Assembly (NCBI GenBank): GCA_010356995.1 | Contig: ML996689.1 | Location: 124,001-168,282, forward strand | Length of the DNA stretch: 44,282 nt | From: Trichodelitschia bisporula | Lineage: Eukaryota | Direction of reading: 5' to 3' | Shown: positions 34,093 to 44,282 of the stretch, piece by piece | Numbering within the stretch: position 1 is the stretch's first letter | Layout: every line of letters begins with the position of its first letter | Program-made: the position numbers and the translations under genes | Notes under the pieces: model-generated | What the model saw: the letters and a program-made list of their open reading frames with translations, nothing else | Told to the model about the DNA's origin: nothing | The model's database searches: none

Positions 34093-37000
34093 ATGTCTTA
34101 CCCAATGCTCAGCGCTACGCCTACGCGTCCTCTCCCCGGAGCCTATATGGCAACGCCTGCGCCCACCCGTCCCCCAGCGACAGGCCCGTCTGCGCGACCC
34201 CCATCATTCCGCATACCTTCATCCTCATCTGTATCGAGGTCGGCGGTTGCGCCGAAGCACCCGGCTGCGACAGACGCCCCGCCGAGCGCCGATGCTCCAG
34301 TCGCGAACGCGCTGAGTCCCATCGACCGCGCCGCGAACGCCATTACCCAGGACATGAATAACGAGGAACGCTTCCCGCCGCTGGAGGATTATGTTACGCG
34401 TAAGTTTGCTCATGTCCTAGATGGCCACACTAACGGGAACAGAGGGCATCTCCGCCGAGTATGACATTCCTGAGAGCACGGCGTGGGCGCCGTTCCAGAA
34501 GATGCAGACGTATGATCTGCCGGATCGCATATTCGAGCACTACAACACGGCTGAGATGTCGACTATGATGGGTCTCTTCGCGGAGCTTCACCACGCCTGG
34601 ATTACCATCGACAACGCGCTCTACATCTGGGACTACACACATCCTAACCCGGAACTGCTGGGCTTCGATGAGCAGTCGCACACAATCACGGCCGTCAAGC
34701 TGGCCACGCCGCGGCCTGGTGTGTTTGTAAACCAGATCTCGCATCTGCTCGTTATCACGACGATGTCGGATATCTTCCTGGTTGGTCTAGAAAGCAAGAA
34801 AAACAATGCTGGGATCGTTTCTGTGTCGCTCTACAGCACTGGAATGCAGACACCAGCGAAAAACATGAACATCACCTGTGTCGCCTCGTCCAACACGGGT
34901 CGCATCTTCGTCGGCGGAAAGACGACAAATGATGTTTACGAAATCACTTACCAGCAGGAGGAAAAGTGGTTCTCGAGCAAGTGCGGAAAGATCAACCACA
35001 CGGCGAAACCCATTACGTCTGTGGTTAAGTCTTCACTGACCACGGCGCTGAGCTTCAGCGGGCCCTCGCCGCTCGAACATGTGGAACAGATCGTCGTTGA
35101 CGACTCGCGTGGCCTACTGTACACGCTGTCATCACTTTCGACCATCCGTGTGTTCCACATCAAGCCCGGTTACGGACTCCCGCTGCTGCTTACGCGGACT
35201 CTCGGGGACATAATGTCGAACATCGCGCACATGGTCTCGCGGTCGGAGCTATTGGCGTCCAAGCCTAGCCTCGCCTCCATCACCCCCATTTCCGCCGCAG
35301 AGTCCGACCGCTTGAACCTCATGGCGACGACTTCAAACGGAGTGCGCATATACCTGAGTTCCACTTCTGGCGGGTACTACGCCTCAAATACCTCGAGCCC
35401 CTTGTCCAGCATGCAGGTGCAGCACGTTAAGTTCCCGCCGAGTACCGAGCCCACGCCGACGACTGCGGTGACCTACCAGGCCTCGACGCATATTGACACC
35501 AACTCCCAGAGCCTCACTCCGACGCGCACTAGCCTTCGCTTCCCTCCCGGCTACTTTCTCTGTTTTGTCGACAAGGAGGGGAATGATGTCGTGTTTCTCT
35601 CTGCGCCTGATACCGCGCGGATAGCGCGGCCTTCGGATAATTCGTCGCTGTCCCGCTATCTGGAGACCGGTCAGTGGCTGCCGCTCCTGAGCCGTGCGGA
35701 GGACGTTGGCCTCATCACCCCTCCGTTTGCTGCGGGGCCTAAGCCTCTCGGCTTTGGCAATGAGCTTGCAGTGCAATTCAACCAACCGGCTACAGAGATT
35801 GCTATTCTGACCAATACCGGCGTGCACACCGTCCGTCGGCGGCGGTTGGTCGACATCTTCGCGTCGGTACTGCGGAATGAGAGCTCCTCGGAAGATTTCG
35901 AAGGCACAGTCACGAAGTTCATTCGCCTTTACGGTCGCACTGAGACATGCGCAACGGCGCTTGCTGTCGCATGCAATCAGGCTGTCGACGTCACGGACGC
36001 GCGTGTAACGCAGATCACGGACAACGTCGTGATTGATCTGGCTCGGCGAGTGTTCGTTGAGCACGGTGGTAAGCCAACGTTCAACGAGAACAGTTTTGCT
36101 TCATCACCTCTGGACAATGTGAGCCCGTCGCCGCGCGCTGAAGGCCTGACGCGGTACCTCTCGCGGTTGGTAAGCCTGCTCTGGAAAATGCCGATCCTGA
36201 AGGAGAAGACGAGCCCAGGCGGCGGGTTTCAGGTCGTGTCCACTATCCCGCTGGCGAAATTACAGAGCATCCAGCGCGATATCACCCGCCTGCGCGAGTT
36301 CCTCGACGCAAATAAAAGCTATATCGAGGGTTTGGCGGGTCCCGAGGCTCTCCAACGCGCGCAGACTCGGCAGGACGAGGTCGCTCTGCAGGGCGAGCAC
36401 CGTACTCTCAATGCCATCGTCCGCGCTATTGCAAACATCATCGAGGGCATCGCGTTTGTGATTGTCCTCTTCGACGAGCCCGTCGACGAGATTGTCATCT
36501 CGCTCAACGACACCACGCGCCAGCGCGTCCGTCAGCTCACCTACGAGGTATTGGTGTGCACGGATGGTGGTAAGGAGCTTGGAAAGGAGCTAGTCAAGGC
36601 TATTGTCAACCGCAGCATCGCAAAGGGCGGCAATGTCGACACTGTGGCTGATGCACTGCGTCGGCGGTGCGGCTCGTTTTGCAGTGCCGATGATGTCGTC
36701 ATTTTCAAGGCGCAAGAGCAGCTCAAGAGAGCACATGAAGCAGGTGCGGACACGCAAAAGGGACGCGGCCTGCTCAATGAGAGCTTGAGGCTGTTTCAAA
36801 AGGTTGCGGGCAGCTTGCCAATGGAGCAGCTGGAGGCGGCCGTGGGTGCTTATGTTGAGATGTCTTTCTACGCTGGTACGTTTCGTTCTTTCAGAGCTTC
36901 AGAATGTCCTGACATGACAGGCGCCATTCGGCTAGCACTCACTGTTGCTGAGAGCCGTGACCGGGCCAATCGGGCCCTGCAGTGGATCAAAGACGGCTCG

Positions 37001-38365
37001 CCGGATCCCGACCCGAGAAAGGCCGCCCATGACGCCCGAACGCGCTGCTATAAGCTCGTGTGTGACGTGATGGAGGCAGTCGACAATGTCTGGGCGCAGG
37101 TGAAAGCAACACACAACGATGTCGAGATCTCAACTATGGAGAAGCGCAAATCCGAGGCCTACAGCGAGATCAACGGATCGTCCGATGAGGTCTTCCAGAC
37201 GTACCTTTACGACTGGTATCTTGCCAACGGTTGGGATGAACGCCTGCTGGATATTGAGTCGCCCCATGTAGTCAACTACCTGCAGCGCCGGTCAACCGAG
37301 GGTGTGTCGCATGCGAACCTGCTGTGGCTATACTATTCCAGGTACCATAATCCCCTGGAAGCTGCGAAAGTCCAGCTCCAGCTCGCAAAGAGCGGCTTCG
37401 GCCTCAAGCTCTCGCAGCGGATAGAATACCTCAGCCGAGCCAAGGCGAACGTAGCCGTGCCGCGGCATGGCTTCTCTGAATTTACCGAAGCGAGGCAGTC
37501 GCGTCAGGAGGTTTCCCGTGAGATTAACGACATGATGGATGTTGCAACAATTCAGGAGGAGCTGCTCCAGCGCCTGACCAACGACCCGCGCGTCTCAGCT
37601 GAGCGTCAGCCCGAGATCGAGAAGGAGCTCAATGGGCCCGTTCTGCCGCTTGACGATGTAGGTTTTTATGCTTGATTGGCTTCAATGTTTGCTAATGTGT
37701 GCAGCTCTATCAGGAGTACGCAGACCAGGCCAGTTATTACGATATCAGCCTGATCATCTACAACGCTGCTGACTACCGCAACTCGACCCATATTGCCGCG
37801 ACCTGGGAAAATCTCATCAAATCGACGCATGAGAGGGCCGTTCATGAGAAGGTCGCGCAGCCGTATGAGATCATTGCTTCGCGCGTCAAGAGCCTGGGCA
37901 AGCGGCTGAACCGCTCAGATATCACGTTCCCGATTTGTAAGTAATTCCGACATTATCCGTTTGTCGTGCTAATTCCCGCTAGCTGTCGTGTTGCCGATTC
38001 TCCTTGCCTACGCTTTCGAGCACAACGGCAGGGGGAGCACCAACTACCTCTGGCCCGTTGAGACGCTGTTCGAGCTCAATGTGCCGTACGAGTCCATCAT
38101 CACGGTTTTGGAGGACCTCTTCTACCGCAAGCAACGCCCCTGGGATGGCCCGGCCCGTGTGCAGCTCGCCAAGTTGCTGGCGTACGTGATCGACAAGTGG
38201 TACGAGAAGACGAGGCACTCGGGCATTGCATTTGGCAGCGAGGAAAACATCGCCACGCTGCTCGAGACATTGAAGATGGTCCTTGGTGCTGGTGTGCTGA
38301 GCGGAGAAGACCGCGAGGAAGTGGAGCTCGTCATGACAAAGGTGGGCCGGGCTCTGCAGTGGTAA
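34093..38365 (+). CDS. NUP170: Nucleoporin Nup157/Nup170 (Nup155 family)
   Basis: MGLFAELHHAWITIDNALYIWDY, YEITYQQEEKWF..KCGKINHT, GFGNELAVQF, YGRTETCATALAVAC, LRRRCGSFCSADDV, LSQRIEYLSRAKAN. Introns 34400-34442, 36876-36920, 37658-37704 and 37937-37982. Confidence 0.95.
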
Positions 38366-39264
38366 TGGGTTGGTTTGGTGGATCGGTCTGTAGGATGATT
38401 GCTCGGCTTGGGCAGTCCGAGGTCTAAGTTGATTCTGGGGATTTGCGCCCACTGTACCAACTACCAGCATATCCTTGCAGCGAGGCTTTTGTATAATGGC
38501 GATACTATCCGGGCTGTTGCCGGCTGATGAGGCGAGGCATAGCGAAGGAGCGTTTGTAATCTTACGTCATGGGCTGCCGGCGTTTTGTGGGGGTTGCTCC
38601 TAGATCTATCTGCAAGGCTAGTGTCCGAAATGCATTCAAGCCGTTCGTATATGTGTGAGGTGGAAGTTGGACCAAGCACCAAGCACCACCCGAAAAAATC
38701 GTGCGCTCTCCGCCTGGGTGTCTCTCTGATGGCCCTGGAATATTAAATCCCCAGATCATAGGTTGTAATCCAATCTCTGCTTGTACATACGGCCATAGGT
38801 CGCAGACATATACCTGTGCCCCCGGGAAAATAGCCGCCAAATCCGGCGGGTTGTAACGGCGTTTCTAGTGTCAGATTTCCCCAATGCAGGCTTCCAAGAA
38901 ATCGGGCGCTTAGAGTGTTCAGTATCCCTGTTGATGGCTAGCAAATTCCAGCGGACGAATTATATAAATTAGAAAATCTAAAAAGCGGCTTACCCCGCAT
39001 CGAGAATCAGCCCTGCGCCACTTTGTCCAGCTTCCGCCTCGTGCCCCTCTTGGGTCTCTCCATCGCTGCCGCCTCAATGCGTCCTCCCGCATGCCGCTTT
39101 TTCGTCTCGCCCACCCCTTCGTCTCGCCCGCCCCTTCGTCTTGCCCACTTCTTCATATCGCTTTACCCCTTGCCTCGCCTACCTTTTCGCCTGATCTCGC
39201 CCTAGCAGCCACGCTGCCCGAGCACAGACTGCCTACTTGGCTCGCGTGGGGAATTGAGGCGGGC

Positions 39265-39430
39265 ATGTCGGGCGCGCTGGCGGATGAGGACGGGGGCGTA
39301 CGAGGGCTTGTTGCTGGGCGTTAAGTTGATTGGCGACCGTAATGTGCCGCACGGGCAGCACACGTTCGTGGGGCCAGATTTTGGGAGAGTGAATTTCGTG
39401 CGGCGTGCGCGGGAGGAGCCGTTTCGGGGG
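39265..39430 (+). pseudogene. Fragment resembling the C-terminal Cyclin_D1_bind (DUF3506) domain of FBXO31-like fungal F-box proteins
   Basis: YEGLLLGVKLIGDRNVPHGQHTFVGPDFG...RRAREEPFRG resembles the recalled consensus L.AIKLTGDPN[IV]PRGEYTF.A.D.G...R.A.EEPF.G. No F-box or full gene nearby. Probable frameshift in the G5 run at 39292-39296. Confidence 0.55.
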
Positions 39431-41189
39431 GAGGGCAGCGTGCTGGTCAGCAGGGAGGTGGCGTTGGTGATTAGGCTGGCTTCCGAAGGGGAGCCAGTGC
39501 TATGGACGAAGCCACGGTGGGTCAGGGTTAGGACGTCGTTGTGTGTGGGTTCTGCGGGCGCCTAGACGAGAAGTGGGAGTAGTGTTACAGGGATAGCCAG
39601 TGTGGTAGGCACGTGGGATACGTGAGAGATCCAGCAGTTGCCAAATCAGGCAGGATGTGGTCTATGCTTGGCATCAGCCTACGCACAGGCCATCTCCCGC
39701 AGTAGATAGCTTAGCTGGAGAGCTTCACTCTCTATCCCCAGTCATCCATCACCTTACCGCTACAGCGTCCAAGTTGCATTCAGCATACTGTGACAGAGTA
39801 GGGAGGTACGAGGTTCACGAACTGGTGGAGGTTTCGGCGGTGCTGCGGGGGGGTCGGGAACTGCGGGTAGTTTTGCTTGCGTCCACCGGATGAGTTGCTG
39901 CAGCTGTTGGTAGTAGACTGGTAGTAGTAGAAGTTATCCGTTGGGCCGCAGGAGGGGCTGAGCGGGAGAGGTTGCAAGAAGGGCAGCTGCGTGTAGGTGC
40001 GGGCGGCGGTGGGGTAGTTGCCGGTGAAGGTTTGCACACCGGGAAGCGACATGATGATACGTAAGGCTTTGCGCGGCGTGACTTGCGGCGGGTATGCCTA
40101 GGTGATTCTGATAGCCCATCAGACGAGGGGAGAGCTGGGCGCAGTTTATTCGCAAACGAAGAGGCGGTGGAATGGGGTACTTGCGAGGCTGAGAATGCGA
40201 TGGATACGGGCCACATGGGGCCGCTTGATGGACGGGAGGAGCCGCTAGGCTAGTTCGAGGGGAAGCTAGGCGCTGTCTAGCACTTCAACCTTTTGCCATT
40301 GTTGGCCTGTTGGCGACAACTTTTGGAGTTGTAGATGGACAATCGTTTCTCCTCGATGGGGATGAGGCCTTTCCTTCGCAGTTGGAACGGCCGCACTCTC
40401 CCGCGGGCTCAATTGTTCCACGGTACTGTATGTTTCTTGAGTCCCGCGCTGACGACACGATACAACACGACTGATAAGATGTCGTCTGTTCAACTCCAAT
40501 CGAGCCTTCAATCCAGCACCAGAACGCTTGCTAACACCCATCTCACACATTACCCAGCCACCTCTTCCACAAAATCAACTACGTATCTTGTTAAAATGAA
40601 GTGTGAACATGACTGAGTTGCTTAATTGACTAGCAGTGGGAAGTGAGCTGACTATATACCTCGCCAGGAGACGACCCCTATCTCCTGGCTCCGCTCCAGC
40701 CACCCCAGGTTGCCGCCGCAAATTCAACATATCTCCTCCATCAGAACAGTCTGTATGCTCCGTCTGTCCCTCACTGCGCTGCCAAATTCCCGCCCAAAAC
40801 CATGACCGTCACTCCGGCATCCTCCCGAGCCTGCTTATGCTCGAGCCCTGGTCAGTCTCGATATCCCGTACAGCACCTACGACGCGGGCATAGACGACGC
40901 AAGCAGCGTGGGCGGTGCAACATGGATGAACAACCGGGTATGTCCTCCAGCGAAGTCTTCGTCTATAAACTGATCAGTTGGTAGGAAAACTTGATGCCCC
41001 GTAGCATGTGGCTGTGTCTCCTCCAATCTCGTCCTCCCCTCCGCGCCCGACAGCTTACAGCCTCATTCTTGGCATTCTGCCCCACAGTTAAGCTCAGCTC
41101 GAAGCCCCAAAGCCTCGCCTTTAACCTCCAGTTCCACTCCTGCATTTTCGCAAGTCCGCAATTTCTTGACTAGCATCATTATTTCCAAG

Positions 41190-44100
41190 ATGCCACCTGC
41201 AAAGCGGATCCGGACACGGGGCCGCTTCCATGCCTCTTCCAGTCTTTCACAACCCTCCTCACCTGTTGCTGGTGAGACCACCACACCTGCCCCCGCGAGC
41301 AATGTCAGCCAGACCTCAACCTTAGCACTTGCCATCCAGAGAACCACCAACAGAAAGCCAACCCGCCGACTTCGTCACGAAGACTACACAATAGGGTGGA
41401 TTTGCGCGCTCCCGATTGAACTTGCAGCAGCCCAGGAGATGCTCGATGAAGAGCATCAACCTCTCCCTCAGGACGCGTCCGATCCCAATAGCTACACGCT
41501 CGGCCGCGTTGGCGAACACAATACGGTCATCATGGTCTTAGGGCTGACGGGCACAAACTCGGCGGCCTCGGCGGTTGCTCAAATGCAGTCAACCTTCACT
41601 TCGGTTCAACTCGGCGTCATGGTCGGCATTGGAGGCGGTGTGCCAAGCGCAAAAACCGACATCCGGCTTGGGGACGTTGTCGTTTGCCAGCCGTCCAAGG
41701 ATTGTGGCGGGGTGATTCAGTACGACTTGGGCAAGACCAGGCCGGACGGAGTTGAACGAACTGGATTTCTGAACGCGCCCCCAATGACCTTGCTGAGCGC
41801 GCTGGCGAGTCTGAAGGCTAGCCATCTGAAAGGAAGAGTCGGTTTCCTAGATCATTTTGCGAAGCTCAGCAGCCAGTCTCTTTTCGCTCGCGACAAGGCT
41901 GGGCCCGATGTCCTATACCACCCTGTGTACAACCATAGGGGGGGAGAAGAAAACTGCAATAATTGCACGAAAGAATATAGCGTGCGGCGCCAGACGCGTG
42001 GCGAACATGTCATAGTTCACTACGGTACGATCGCCTCGGGGAATCAAGTCATGCGCGATGCCAAGGAACGCGACAAAGTCAGCAAGGAACTCGGAGGCGT
42101 CCTGTGCTTCGAAATGGAAGCCGCCGGGGTGATGAACAGTCTTCCATGCCTGCCTGTGCGGGGAATCTGTGACTACTCGGACTCTCACAAGAGCAAGAGC
42201 TGGCAGCCGTACGCGGCGGGAACGGCGGCAGCATTTGCTAAAGAGCTTCTGTTGTGGCTTCCGCGGGCCAAGGTCAAGATGCCTGAAGGCGAGACAGACC
42301 CATCTGCGCCGGCAATGCCCCTAAACTTGCCCAGGGCTGCAGACACACCATCCAACCCATACGAGCGGAAAGTTTCGCCTTGCTTGACTGGTACCCGTGT
42401 TGAACTTCTCAAACAGATATACGCCTGGGCTTGCGGGGAGAACTCGCCAAATATTTTCTGGTTGAGTGGTTTAGCTGGCACCGGCAAGTCCACCGTGGCT
42501 CAAACCGTGGCCACTGGATGTTTTGAGACGGGAAGACTTGGAGCCAGCTTCTTCTTCTCGCAAAGTGGCGCAGATGTCCGGCATGCCGGCAAGTTCGTGA
42601 CAAGCATCGCAGCGCAACTTGCAGACAATGTGCCGGAGGCAAAGCGGTCTCTCAACAAGGCACTGAAGGAGCGGGATACCATCACTGAAGAGCCTATCCG
42701 CAGTCAGTGGCATCATCTCATCCTCGGTCCCATGTCGAAGCTCGAAGGCGACACCTCCTCTGCTCCGTACATCCTGGTGGTCGATGCCCTGGACGAATGC
42801 GAGGGCGAGGACGACATAGGGGAAATTCTGAATCTCTTTCGCTTGCTGAAGAAAACCCGGCTCCGGCTGTTTTTAACGAGTAGACCTGAAGTGCCAATCC
42901 GGTTTCCTTTATTTGAAATGCCAACAAGCGAGCACCTGGACTTTGTGCTCCACGACATCAAGAAGTCGACTGTTGACAATGATATCCGCTTCTTCCTACG
43001 GCACGAGCTCGAGCGTTTAGCCCGCAAGCACTCTTTTGACAAAGATTGGCCAGACGAGCAAGCCATCGACTCTCTTGTCCGGAATGCCAGTGGTCTGTTC
43101 ATCTGGGCTGAAACTGCATGCCGCTTTGTTCAAAAAGGAAGAATATTGGCTCCCAAAAAACTAGGCTTGATCCTCGATCAAAACCACAGTACTGTGAAAG
43201 GGCCAGAGCAGCATCTCGACGAGATCTACGCGACTGTTCTTCGCGAATCCCTTACCAACTATGAAGGCGATGATGCAGAGGAGGTGCGATGCACATTGAA
43301 GGAAGTGCTTGGAGGCATCGTAATCCTGTTCAATTCACTTTCCGTCCCGTCCTTGAGGAGGCTACTAGGTCAGAATGTGGGACAGGCACTGGGTGATCTT
43401 CACGCCATTTTGGATATTCCAAAGGACATTCGAAAGGAACCAGGTGACGCACTCCGTTTACATCACCCTTCGTTTCGTGACTTCCTTCTCAACCCAGGGA
43501 GAAGCGAGAAAACAGGCCTCTGGGTTAATGAAGAGGAGGCGCATCGAGCCCTTGCCACGAAATGCATACAGGTCATGTCTGACTTCCTTGCGCAGGACAT
43601 GCTTGGAATAGGTCGGCCTGGAGTACTCAAGACCGAGGTCGACAGTCATGAGGTTGAAGGCTCCCTCCATCCTGAGAAGCAGTATGCATGCCTCTACTGG
43701 ATACAGCATCTTCATAAGAGTGGATCTCAGCTCAACGATGACGGTGAAGTTCATCAGTTCATGAAGGAGCATCTCCTTCATTGGCTGGAGGCGCTTGGAT
43801 GGATGCAAAAGGTTTCCGAAGGGTTCCATGCCATCGTGTCTTTGGAGTCCATGATATCGGTAAGCTGGACCTAAAGCAGAGTGGGTATACTTGACTGATA
43901 CTTGGCTGATACTTGGCTTAGGCGCAGAGGTGTCCCCGACTAACGGAGTTTGTTCATGACATGAAACGATTTGTCCTCTACAACCGGTCAGCCATCGAAC
44001 TAGCTCCCTTGCAGACACATTGCAGCGCGCTGGTATTTTCCCCGACAGCAAGTCTTGTAAAAAGGCAGTTTCAAAGCCAAAAGCCTCTGTGGATGCCCGG

Positions 44101-44282
44101 ACTACCGCAGGTTAGGAACAACTGGGATGCCTTGCTGCATACGCTCGAGGGCCATTCGGCTGTGGTCTGGGCCGTGGCCTTTTCGCTGGACGGCAAGCAG
44201 CTGGCGTCGGCATCGCACGACAGGACGGTCAGGCTGTGGGACGCCGGCTCGGGAAAGGCGCTGCAGACGCTCGAGGGCCATT
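41190..44282 (+). CDS. Fungal NLR-like STAND protein: PNP_UDP_1 effector - NACHT - WD40 (HET-E/NWD-like), 3' end beyond the window
   Basis: PNP domain: DYTIGWICALPIE, MVGIGGGVPS, DIRLGDVVV, HYGTIASGNQV, CFEMEAAG, RGICDYSDSHK.K.WQPYAA. NACHT: CLTGTR, Walker A GLAGTGKS, Walker B ILVVDALDEC, LTSRPE, GLFIWA, HHPSFRDFL. Intron 43860-43921, then TLEGHS..V.AVAFS.DG..LASAS.D.TVRLWD. Confidence 0.95.
44141..44282 (+). repeat. Start of WD40 repeat array, 126-nt unit
   Basis: ACGCTCGAGGGCCATT recurs identically at 44141 and 44267 (42-codon period). Confidence 0.85.

Noticed and set aside
39780..40052. 90-aa N/Q/S/Y-containing ORF near the NLR as a possible amyloid signalling partner
   Set aside because: No HET-s, PP/RHIM (G-x-Q-x-G) or sigma motif and no effector domain; the NLR already carries its own enzymatic effector.
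38400..41180. RIP-mutated transposon or gasdermin/HeLo effector gene next to the NLR
   Set aside because: No extended AT-rich, TpA-skewed tract, no terminal repeats and no ORF with such motifs seen.

Overview
GC-rich genomic window from a filamentous ascomycete (Pezizomycotina-like), with spliceosomal GT-AG introns that are mostly only 43-48 nt and one 230-N assembly gap. Genes left to right: calpain-family cysteine protease (-, runs off the left edge); MET13-type MTHFR (-); leukotriene A4 hydrolase/LAP2 M1 aminopeptidase (+); a ~6.6 kb stretch with no recognisable gene, ending in a ~1.6 kb AUG-free, repeat-rich putative leader; a C2H2 + fungal-specific TF-domain regulator (+); an orphan 1047-aa His/Arg/Ser tandem-repeat protein (-); a small spliced orphan (+); PNS1 (+); mannitol-1-phosphate 5-dehydrogenase with two 5'-UTR introns (+); a Yip1-family protein (-); a DUF4238-like protein with a hydrophobic tail (+); AIM41 (-); NUP170/157 (+); a relic of an F-box C-terminal domain; and a PNP_UDP-NACHT-WD40 NLR (+, runs off the right edge). 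The best leads are the RRHSGSPH repeat protein, the TF leader and 3'-end architecture, and two genes from families also used in bacterial anti-phage defence (DUF4238, PNP-NLR). All family assignments come from motif recognition by eye; no searches were run. No tRNA, rRNA, CRISPR array or intact transposon was recognised.
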